Source: Felis catus (taxonomy: Eukaryota). From it: 64,000 nt of DNA. The DNA lies in contig NC_058369.1 in NCBI RefSeq assembly GCF_018350175.1, forward strand, positions 25,670,001-25,734,000, in the 5' to 3' direction. Positions 38,253-49,049 of the stretch are shown piece after piece. The stretch's first letter is position 1. Every line of letters begins with the position of its first letter. The translations under genes were made by a program, and so were the position numbers. A model generated the notes under the pieces. The model saw only the letters and a list, made by a program, of their open reading frames with translations, was not told where the DNA came from and ran no database searches.

Positions 38253-38546
38253 ACTCCACCACTTAGCAGTGATATGATCTGAAGCAAGTCACTTAACTTA
38301 TAATCTTTGGGGATCTCATAATGAAGATCATAACACACCCACTTCAATTAATTATTGTGTGGACTAAAAGACATTATCCATATAAAACACCTATACAGTC
38401 CTTGGCACATAGCACATGATCCAGAAAAGTTAGTTATTATTATTTACAAAGTAGTGGATATGGGTATAATCTCCCAGCTTCCAAGGATAATGTTATCTTT
38501 ATTTTCAATAATTGTTAATCATCACACAAACATACTGTCTTCTAAC

Positions 38547-38649
38547 CTCTTCACAAAGAACTTCTAAATGGAGTGCCTCCAATTTCTGGGTCATTTCCTT
38601 CCGCCGGGTCTTGAACCAACCATCAAAATTCGGAGATTTTAGAAAATGC
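38547..38649 (-). CDS. DENND6A: DENND6A exon ([34 protein letters not shown])
   Basis: 103 nt, tag/gttaga; phase 2-0; [10 protein letters not shown] motif. Confidence 0.94.
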
Positions 38650-38779
38650 CTATAAAAACAAATTTTAAAAATGCAAAGTTTGATTATGACTTACTTGTTC
38701 TCAATACCTTTCCTAAACTACAGCTTGGATAACTGAAACAATGGAATTTTTTTTTTAAATATAAGTTTAAAGCCAGTTT

Positions 38780-38809
38780 TTTGTTTTTATTTTTTTAATG
38801 CTTATTTAT

Positions 38810-38849
<40 letters not shown>

Positions 38850-39251
38850 TGCATGCAGCAGAGAAGGGGCAGACAGCAAGGGATAGAGAGAATCCCAAGT
38901 AGGCTCTGTGCTGACAGCAGAGCTCGATCCCATGAACCATGAGATCATGACCTGAGCTTAAATCAAGAGTCAGATGCTTAACCGACTGAGCCACCTCAGG
39001 TGCTCCTTTGTTTTGTTTTTATTTTAATTTTATTTATTTATTTTTTAACATTTATTTATTTTTGAGAGACAGAGAGAGACAGAGTATGAGCAGGGGAGGG
39101 GCAGAGAGACAGGGAGACACAGAATCCGAAGCAGGCTCCAGGCTCCGAGCTGTTAGCACAGAGCCTGACGCAGGGCTCGGACTCACAAACCACGAGATCA
39201 TGACCTGAGCTGAAGTCGGACACTTAACCGACTGAGCCACCCAGGCGCCCC
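38780..39251 (-). mobile_element. Two tandem Can-SINEs (~38780-39005, 39010-39251)
   Basis: SINE motifs ending about 60 nt from the DENND6A exon donor at 39313. Confidence 0.9.
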
Positions 39252-39313
39252 TGTTTTGTTTTTAAATAAGGCTCTACAGATGGGTGAAAAAGAAGAAAAA
39301 AAAAATGACCAAC

Positions 39314-39423
39314 CGGTAAAGTCCAATCCAATCGCCTTTTATTCTAGAGGTCAGCTGAGGTCCTGTTTTCTCAAGTGTTTTCATAAATTCTTCTGGAAGG
39401 AATTGTCTTAATTGGGGTGGACT
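39314..39423 (-). CDS. DENND6A: DENND6A exon ([37 protein letters not shown])
   Basis: 110 nt, tag/gttggt; phase 0-2. Confidence 0.93.
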
Positions 39424-39527
39424 CTAGAAATTAGGACATACTGATTTAAAAATCAGAAATAGATATATTCACAAAAGTTAATTACAGTTAGAGAACTCAA
39501 ATAGGAATTTAACTGAATAAGTTATAC

Positions 39528-39581
39528 CTTCCATGGAGAGATGCTTTTCTGCAAAGGCATCAAGCTTGCCACATATCTTTC
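39528..39581 (-). CDS. DENND6A: DENND6A exon (ERYVASLMPLQKSISPWK)
   Basis: 54 nt, tag/gtataa. Confidence 0.93.
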
Positions 39582-40784
39582 CTAAAACCAATAAAAAAAT
39601 TCATCAAAGTTAGGCATTCTTACCTACAGAGTCTTCAAAACCATTTAAACAGACTGACCTGAAAGAAATGGGTTTCTAAGTTTTCCATCATGTGCTCTTT
39701 CAATGGACAGCAGCAGTGCCATCACAGCCCACGACAGACATAACAAAACTTAGATTGAATTGAGAAGTCAGACTTTCAGTAAGAATTTAACTAAATCTTA
39801 GATAATCCAAGGGTCTGCATAATCATTAGCCTTAATGGGGGAGTATGTGCCAGAAAATGTACTCAACATTTTACATGCATGATCTCTTTTAATCCTTGCA
39901 AACATCCCATGTGGCAGTAATTACTGGAAAACAGGCTTTGAAAGGCTGAATAACCTGCTCATGGTCACAGAGCCTGAACCTGAATTCGGGTGTATTGACT
40001 TTAGCCCATGCCTTTAAGGACTGCAGTAAAGTTCATTTACTTAGACAGACAGATTTAAATGGAACAAAATTAATTAACACGCATAGAACAAGAAAGACTA
40101 TTTCATCTCAAAATGTAATAGCAAAGATCTCCATGTTGCTCCCATATAATATTCACAGATAGATTATGTTAGTAACTACATGGAATCTCTCTCTGATGCA
40201 GTATCCAGACTAGGACCACATTATGGTACTGTCGGATACTGTGAATCATCTTTTAGTATTTTAATATGTTATTCCACTAAATTTCATAGAATACCCATAT
40301 CATCTAGCCATTTATTCCATATTGAGTGCTATCAGATACCAGACTGAGGAAAAGATAATGAACAAGACAGACAAGGCCCCTGTCATCATGGAGCTACCAG
40401 TCTCATGGATATCATACCAAACTGTGCTCAAGAAAATAATATCAGAGAAAGAAGCTCCAGGTTAACTTTCTTTTAAGGTGCAAATGCAATAATCATATAA
40501 CATTTCACAATTATCTCATTTAAGATTCACAACAACCCTGAAAGATATTTAGGAAAAGTGGAATTAGTCACTTTTACAGTAAAAGAAAATGAGTGTCAGT
40601 GAAAGGAAGTGACTTGCCAAAGTCACAAAGTTAATATTAGAACAGAGTCCAGGTCTCCTGCAAATCACTCTATTTTTAATCACCAAACACATGAGCAAGC
40701 CAAACAACTTAAGGTTTTTGTGAATGGGAAAAACATGCATATAGCCTTCAACAAATCATTAAACAAATATATACGTTAACTTAC

Positions 40785-40874
40785 TAATGGAATGATGAAA
40801 CTTTGTGTCAGTTCCAAAAAATAGCGACGGAGAATAACACTTTGAGCCTCAGAAGGACGTTTCTGTTGTACGCC
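40785..40874 (-). CDS. DENND6A: DENND6A exon ([30 protein letters not shown])
   Basis: 90 nt, aag/gtaagt. Confidence 0.94.
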
Positions 40875-41455
40875 CTTAAAAGAAAAAGCAATGAGAACAT
40901 ACATTCTAGTATAAAGGAATATAAGACAGTGGATAATTATAGTAGCTCGACTGATATGTAAATATGTATTTTACTTGATTAAAAAAAAAACAAAACCAGA
41001 ACTTCACCTTGAAGTAATTTAACCTAAAGTTCATTGTGCAATATCCTGTGGAAAAAAATCCTTAGAGTAAAATATCACATGTTCATCCTGTACTTAAAAG
41101 TATCAGTTTACAATGAATGGTCTTTACTTCATACTTGCTGTATTAGTATTATTTACATTTCCCCCAAAAATGGTAACTATCTCCTGTTAGGTGCTAAACT
41201 ACCTCATGGAAGAAGAGTACATTACTTTTTCACTGTAACTCCCAAGTTTCTAGAAAGACTGGCACTATTTGGCAACTGCAGCCCCACATTTCAAGCCCGT
41301 AACTTTTGCTTGCTTTAGTCTCCTGATTTTTATGAAGCTTTGGTTCAAAAGAAAGACCTCATTTCATATCATTATACCTAACGCACATGCTGCCTAGCTG
41401 GATATTGCATACCTGAACAAGGAAATTTAAATTAATAATATGAGCAAGTAATTAC

Positions 41456-41520
41456 CTTCTGTAATTGTTTTATGATCTCTTCATCTCTATTTAGATATGG
41501 CTTATAAGAAGTATAAACTC
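41456..41520 (-). CDS. DENND6A: DENND6A exon ([22 protein letters not shown])
   Basis: 65 nt, tag/gtaatt; phase 1-0. Confidence 0.93.
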
Positions 41521-41618
41521 CTAAGAAGTAAATGAAAGAAAATAAGGTGAACAGTAAGACCCAGGTACTCATTTAAGTATATATTTAAAAATAATTAAAA
41601 AAAAATAAAAATTAATAC

Positions 41619-41684
41619 CAGGTTTAGAATCCAGAGTCTTTAGGTTCTTCAATTTTTTCACTTTAACCTGCTTAGGAATTTCAC
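41619..41684 (-). CDS. DENND6A: DENND6A exon ([23 protein letters not shown])
   Basis: 66 nt, cag/gtatta; phase 1-1. Confidence 0.93.
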
Positions 41685-42908
41685 CTGAAGGAAACATCAT
41701 AAAGATTCTTACACTATTCAAGTTTTACACATTATAAAACTGGAATTTTTAAGAATTGTCTGTTTATTACTTAGGGATCTTGTAGCTAAAGCATTCTTTA
41801 GAGTTTTATCTTATTATTTATTTATTTTTAAGAGAGTTAGGAAGCAGAGGAGAGGGGCAGAGGGAAAGAAAGAGAGAACCTTAAGCAGGCTCCAAGCTCA
41901 GCACAGAGCCCAACACAGGGCTTGATCTCATGACCCCAGAATCATGACCTGAGTCGAAATCAAGAGTCAGATGCTCACTCAACTGACTGAGCCACCCAGG
42001 CGCCCCATGAAGTATTCTTAACATCAAATAGTATTGAAGAGTTTATTCCTGGTACTTTAAAACTGGATAAAAGGAATGTGGGATTATTATAGTATTACAG
42101 AAACAATGTATGTAAATTATATAAAATGGGTATTTGATCTTTCATTAATATCTATCATTACTCAAAATTTTTCCTTTTGTCACTCAACTTATAATTTAAA
42201 ATCTTTGTGCCAAATACATGAAATTGAAAATCTATGTGGCAAATATTAATAAAATACCCCTTGAAGAGTAAATGGAATTATAAGGAACTCCTAAGTTAGT
42301 ATGCAGATATAGTATTCAAAAGTGTTTTTCAGACACCTCCCCAAATTGTTTTTGCACTGTAGAAACTTACACTGCCACCAGGTGGTGACAGTGTATGCCA
42401 CAACCACAGGTCTGAGGCACAGATGGACAGGACTCCTGAGCAGGACTGCTGTGACAACTTGCACAGCATATGCTGTGGTTCTGGTTTTGGGGTCAAGGGA
42501 AGCTGCAATCTAAATAACCCTCTAATCAGCAGAAAAATGCCTCAAGTTAAGCACTTAGAAGCGTCAACAGCACACTAGACTTATCAGACTTTTTCTTTTC
42601 CTTTCTCTGTCCTCCTCTCTGCCTAAGAGTAAGAAGACCTAAAAACTGAAAGACAACCTAGAGATTATCTAATTCAAGGCTCTAAATTGACACAATATTT
42701 TTGTTTACATTGTTATGTACATCAAACTGCTATCTAAAGTTATCTCGGGTTGAAATTACAGGAACACAGAGCATTTTTGCTTGTAATGTTATATCATTAA
42801 AGAATTTTTAGACCACGTACTGTGGTAAAACAGGTATTCTATAAACTCTCTACTTTGAAATAATTTCAATTTTACAGAAAAGCTGCAGTATGATAAAGGT
42901 GATACTCT

Positions 42909-43126
42909 GGGGCGCCTGGGTGGCGCAGTCGGTTAAGCGTCCGACTTCAGCCAGGTCACGATCTCGCGCTCCGTGAGTTCGAGCCCCGCGTCGGGCTCTG
43001 GGCTGATGGCTCAGAGCCTGGAGCCTGTTTCCGATTCTGTGTCTCCCTCTCTCTCTGCCCCTCCCCCGTTCATGCTCTGTCTCTCTGTCCCAAAAATAAA
43101 TAAACGTTGAAAAAAAAAAAATTTTA
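42909..43126 (+). mobile_element. Young SINEC_Fc-type SINE
   Basis: CpG-rich, essentially undecayed; exact TSD aaaggtgatactct at 42895-42908 and 43127-43140. Confidence 0.95.
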
Positions 43127-43219
43127 AAAGGTGATACTCTAATTTTATCAATTGTCCCAATAACTTTAAACAGACCCTTGTTATAGAAGTCAATATCATG
43201 GATACACAGGCTAATTTTT

Positions 43220-44400
43220 TTTCACTGATTCAGTAAATGTCAGTAAACCAAGATACTGGAAATAAAAAATAAAACAACTAGTTCCTGGCATCAAATATTC
43301 ACAATCTAATGGCAAAGTAAGACAAACCGACATACATGACAATACGAAAGGATATACACTTAGATGAAATTATGAACAAGATACGATGGAAACACAAAAG
43401 AGTGTTTTGGCCAAACAGGAGCGAAAAAATTATCGAGGTTTCCTAAAGGAAGTGATATGTAAGCAGTCTTATAAGAGAAATAAAAAGTTATCCAAGGGAA
43501 AAAGACCTTTTTAGGTAGAGTTAAGTCCAGAAGCATAAAGAGCATGTTGCCTAAAGAGTTATACATATGGTAAGGATAGTAATAGCCACCATTTACTCAA
43601 TCTTATCTGTGCCAGTCCTGGGCTCTGAATACTGTACGAATGATCGCATTTAACCTTCACAAAGAAGTATATTTTACCATGCCCATTTCACAGATGAAAA
43701 AACTAAGGCATGGATAAAACAAACTTGGTAGGCCACCAACACTGGCTCTTTATTGCCATTATCCACCCTCATTGGTCAATGTCCCATTTAGACAGGTTGT
43801 TAGCTCTAGAGGAACAACTTGTCCAAGGACACACAGATAACATGCTTGAACCAGGATATGAAATAAAGCAGTCTAACCCCCTGAGCCATCACTCTTATCC
43901 ACTACACTACAAAGGTAGGAATGGAGAGTATGCTAAGAAGGGCAAGAGATAAAGCTAGAGAGGTATTCAAAGGTCAGATCAAGAGGAACTATAAAGATGT
44001 CTGACATCTAAGGTGACTGAGAGATTGAAAGCATGGGCACGGGGGATGGTGGTTAGGGACAATGAGCTAACAGGATCAAATCTGCACTTAACATACTCCC
44101 TGACACCAGGTGGTGATAATGTAAGCCACACTGCAGATCTGAGCCACAGATGGACAGAACTCCTGAGTAGGGCTGCTGTGTTGCACAAAGGAGTTTGAGG
44201 TGGAAGAGAAAAGCCTATAGGATAAAATAGAAGCATTGTGGAGTACTGCTCCTGGGTAGAAACAGAACCTGAAGCAAGACACGTGCAGCAAGGAAAGAGA
44301 AGAGAGGGAGCTACTGGAGCTCCGTGGAGGAGGTAAAACAAGAGGCTATGGGGACAGCCTGAGAGAACAGCACTGTCCAGAAATGCCCAGGTTTCCAGAA
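43220..44400 (-). mobile_element. L2 remnant with nested MIR (~43575-43900)
   Basis: cccatttcacagatgaaaaaactaaggc MIR core inside L2-like purine-rich sequence. Confidence 0.55.
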
Positions 44401-45974
44401 TATTTTTGATTCATTAGCCCATAGTTTTTACTTTGTCAACATATTTTATCTATTCCCATGTACTAATTCTTATGAGAATGTCTCTCATCTTGAATCTTGT
44501 GGTTGTGCTTTCCAGAGTTCAGAGTAGCTTCTCATCACAAGATCTGTAAAACTTTTTTCCCCTTAATAAGTGCAGAATACTATTTAACTATACAGATAAC
44601 TACTTTCAAGTCATTTATCTGCCTCTGACCCCAAGAATCCAAAGAATAGCATGTATAAAACCACAATGGTTTGACTAAGTCTAAGTATTTCTGTACTTAT
44701 TTTCTGTTTCTTTCTGCTCTAATTCACAAAGTACTTGCAATTCCTCTATCCACCAACACTATTTATTAACATATTATTTCCTGAAACTCACTGTGCAAAA
44801 AGAACTGAGTATAAGAGGGGGAGAAAAGTTCAGCAGCAGGTTTTGTACATTCTTTATATTCAGTACGTTCTGGCTAATAATGAAGATAGGTAGCATCCTT
44901 ATCCATTTTTTTAAAAAGGTAAAAGACAAAAATAAACCCATGCAGCAATCTTCACTCACACGATTCCCCTCTGATTCACTGGACCTCATCAGGTGTAAGA
45001 TGCATACTGATCTCTAACCCTAGCCACCATAATTCTTACACTGTAGTGTGTAATAGATGAAAAGAACATTCATCATGAAGATACATTGCCTTTACAAAAA
45101 AAAAAAAAAAATTTAATGGATATTTGTCAGATGGCTTTGGGAAAAAAAAGTGTTTGAAAATAAATTAAAATCCTATAATTACAGACATTTATTTATTTTT
45201 AAAGTTTTTTTTATTTTTGACAGAGAGAGAGAGAGAGAGAGAGACAGAGCATGAGTTGGGGAGGGGCAGAGAGAGACACAGAACCCAAAGCAGGTTCCAG
45301 GCTCTGAGCTGTCAGCACAGAGCCTGACGCGGGGCTCAGACTCACAGACCGCGAGATCATGACCTGAGCCGAAGTCGGACGCTCAACTGACTGAGCCACC
45401 CAGGCGCCCCACAGATATTTATTTTAATTAAAAATACCTATTCAGTATCTGTTATGTACAATGCACATTAGAGAGGGGTTTAACATTATTAAATTAATAG
45501 TCATCAATGCTGCACCTCTGTATATTGGCATGAGAATCTTTAGGCCAAATATTTTACTGTTAGTGAAATCACCACACCTAATGTCTGCTTAGAAATCATC
45601 AGTTTATAACCTGATCCAATATACACTAATAGAATTACTTTCTCTTTGAGGAATATTTGTTAAGTACCACCACCTTAACATTATGTTTCTCTATTTGACA
45701 GGATTTAGGTGAACTAAAACTAGATATAAACCAGAAGAAATAATCCTTTTGCATCAGGAGGAATGATCCCTCTATAGGGTTAAAACTAAATGTATGTTTC
45801 TGGTAAAGCTGTTTCAGTTTTCCTGTGCCTTCCCTGCAAAATAAAAGTTTTTCTGCAGTTTTACTGACCCTTTCAGATAGTGTGTTTCATAACTTGTGCA
45901 GCATATGCAGTGGTCCTGGTCTTCATATCAATGAGCAGAAAAATGCCCCAATATATATACCCAACACTCATAAA

Positions 45975-47660
45975 TTAAAAGATAAATGGATTTTCATGAA
46001 TATGATACCAAAAGCAAGGGCAATAAAAGAACATACAGATAAACTGGACTCCATCAAAATTTAAAACTTTTGTGCATCAAAGGACACTTTAAATGAAAGA
46101 ATGACAAGGCAAATCACAGAAAGGAGAAAACATCTAAAAAGCATTTATCTGATAACGGATTGGTATCCAGAATATATAAAGAACTACAACTCAACAACAA
46201 CACAGCAACCTGATTAAAAATCAGGCTAAGAACTTGAAAAGATAATTCTCCAAGGAAGATATATGGTTAGCCGGTAAACGCATGAAAAGGTGCTCAACAT
46301 TACTAATCACTAGGGAAATGCAAATCAGAACCACAATAAGATACCACCTCACTCCCATTAGGATGGCTACCATCAAAAAATAACAAGTGTTGGCAAGGAT
46401 GTGGAGAAATTGACACCTTTGCGCATTATTGGTGAGAATGGAAAGTAAAAAAAAAAAAAAAAAAATGGCAGTTTCTCAAAAAAATTAAACACACATGGCT
46501 ACATGGTCCAACAAACCCACTTTGTGTTTATACTCAAAAGAAGTTAAAAGTAGAGACTCAAAGAGATATTTGTACATCTATGTTCATAGAAGTATTGTTT
46601 GCAATAACTCAAAAGTAGAAGTAACCTAAGTGTCCACTGACAGATAAGTGGATAAACAAAATGTGGTATATATATATACAATGGGATATTCTTTGGTCTC
46701 AAAGAAGTAAATTCTGACACATGCTACAACATGAATGAACCTTGAAGACATTTTGCTAAGTGAAATAAGCCAGTCACAAAAGGACAAGTAAAGTAAAATT
46801 CCACTTACATGAAATACCTGAGTAGTCAAATTCTTATCGACAGAAAGTTACTAAAGGCTGGGGCATGGTGGCAGAGAGAGAAGTGGATGGCAAATTATTG
46901 TTTAATGGGTATAGAGTTTCAACTTTACAAGATAAAAAGGGCATTTGAGTATATGGTGGTGACTATAGTTCAACAATGCGAATGTACTTAATGCCACTAG
47001 ACTATATACTTAAAAAATGGTTAAGATGGTAAATTTCATGTTATATTCATTTTACTTTTAAAAAAAGGAATGCAGGAGCGCCTGGGTGGCGCAGTCGGTT
47101 AAGCGTCCGACTTCAGCCAGGTCACGATCTCGCGCTCCGTGAGTTCGAGCCCCGCGTCGGGCTCTGGGCTGATGGCTCAGAGCCTGGAGCCTGTTTCTGA
47201 TTCTGTGTCTCCCTCTCTCTCTGCCCCTCCCCCGTTCATGCTCTGTCTCTCTCTGTCCCAAAAATAAATAAACGTTGAAAAAAAAAATTAAAAAAATAAA
47301 AATAAAAAAAGGAATGCAATTCTTATGCACACTACAACATAAATGAACCCTGAAACAGTGAAATAGGTCAGACACCAAAGGGCAAAAGTCAACTTCACAG
47401 AAACAGTAATTAGAATAGAAGTTACCAGGGGTTGGGGGGATGCATTAATTGCAGTTATTGTTTAATAGATTTTGTATTTGGGTGAACTAAATCCAAATCC
47501 TTCTGTTTGAGATTATGAAGAAGTTCTGGAAATGGACAGTGGCAATGGCTGCACAGTATGAATACACTTAATGCCACTATATTATTTTTAAATGAATTAC
47601 ATACTTAAAAATAGTTACGATGGTAAATTTTATGTTATGTTTATTTTACCCACAAAAACA
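45975..47660 (+). mobile_element. Old L1 (L1MB/MA-like) 3' portion, interrupted by a SINE
   Basis: ORF2 C-terminal remnants (DKLDSIKI, gggaaatgcaaatcagaaccac) and a typical 3'UTR. Confidence 0.85.
47075..47304 (+). mobile_element. Young SINEC_Fc-type SINE
   Basis: Nearly identical to the 42909 copy; exact TSD aaaaaaggaatgca at 47061-47074 and 47305-47318. Confidence 0.95.
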
Positions 47661-49049
47661 ACTTTTAGGGTAAGTGGGGGAAAGTATCATAAACACTCTA
47701 AACGTAATGAAATTTTGCACTTCTGTTAAGACTTGTGCTCCTATACTGGGGCGCCTGGGTGGCTCAGTTAAGCGTTTGACTTTGGTTCAGGTCATGATCT
47801 TGTGGTCTGTGGGTTTGAGCCCCGTGTCGGGGCTCAAATAAATAAACATTAAAAAAATAAAAATAAAAATAAAAATAAAAATAAAAAAACAGAAAAGACT
47901 TGTGCTCATATAAGACCTGTGAGTCCCAGAAACAGTCAGACATTAAAGTCTTGACCCAAATCATTGAACTACCTCTGGTTTCTTTGTCCACAACATATTT
48001 TCTCTACTAATTGAACAAGGACCAAACTGAGGACACTGACAACCTCTAGCATTCACTCCTCACTGACCACTAAGGATCTATAAAGCATAATGTTTCCACA
48101 CACTGCCATCACTTTCTACAGAAAAAATGATACCTGATGAAGTGGTCCAAATAAGCTCATGATAGAAATAATGAGAAAGAATACATCAGCTCTTCTCTAA
48201 AGTAGGCTGCTTAAAATAAAGTCTAATATTCCATACCTGCCCTCATCCCCACTTTGAAAAATAAATCCAAGAATTGTCCCCTCCCCTACCTTGGTCCTAG
48301 GTCTTACTTTTATTTTTATTTGTTTTAGTTTTTTTAGAAGTTGATATGTTTTTTAAATTTTTTTTTAAATGTTTACTTATTTTTGACAGAAACAGAGCAT
48401 GAGCAGGGGAGGGGCAGAGACAGAGAGGGAGACACAGAATCTGAAGCAGGGTCCAGGCTCTGAGCTGTCAGCATAGAGCCCGATGTGGGGCTTGAACTCA
48501 CGAACTGTGAGATCATGAACTGATCCAAAGTCGGATACTTAACCAACTGAGCCACCCAGGTGCCCAATTTTTTTTAATGTTTATTTAGTTTTGAGAGAGA
48601 GAGAAGGGGGGGGGTGGCACATAGAGAGAGGGAGACAGAATCAGAAGCAGGTTCCAGGCTCTTGGCTGAGGGCACAGAGCCCAATGTGGGGCTTTAACTC
48701 ACAATCTGCGAGATCCTGACCTGAGCTGACGTGGGATGCTTAACCAACTGAGCCACCCAGGCACCCTGGTCCTAGGTCTTGCTTTTAAATGGTTAACTTG
48801 AGGGGCGCCAGGGTGACTCAGTCAGTTAAAACATCTGACTTCGGCTCATGTCATGATCTCACGGTTTGTGAGTTTGAGCCTTGCATCAGGCTCTCTGCTC
48901 TCAGCACAGAGCCTGCTTTGGATCTTCGTCTCCCTCCCTTTCTCTCTGCCCCTCCCTTACTCGCTCTCTCTGTCTCAAAAACAAACATTAAAAAAAAATT
49001 TTTTAATTAAAAAAAATGGTGACTTCACTTGCCTGAAGAGGATTCTCAG

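Noticed and set aside
42909..42990. tRNA-like A/B boxes
   Set aside because: They are SINE heads, not tRNA genes; no cloverleaf or independent tRNA seen in the window.
47660..47680. ttttagggtaagt splice-like motif (a similar one near 2141-2151)
   Set aside because: On the plus strand, antisense to both genes.
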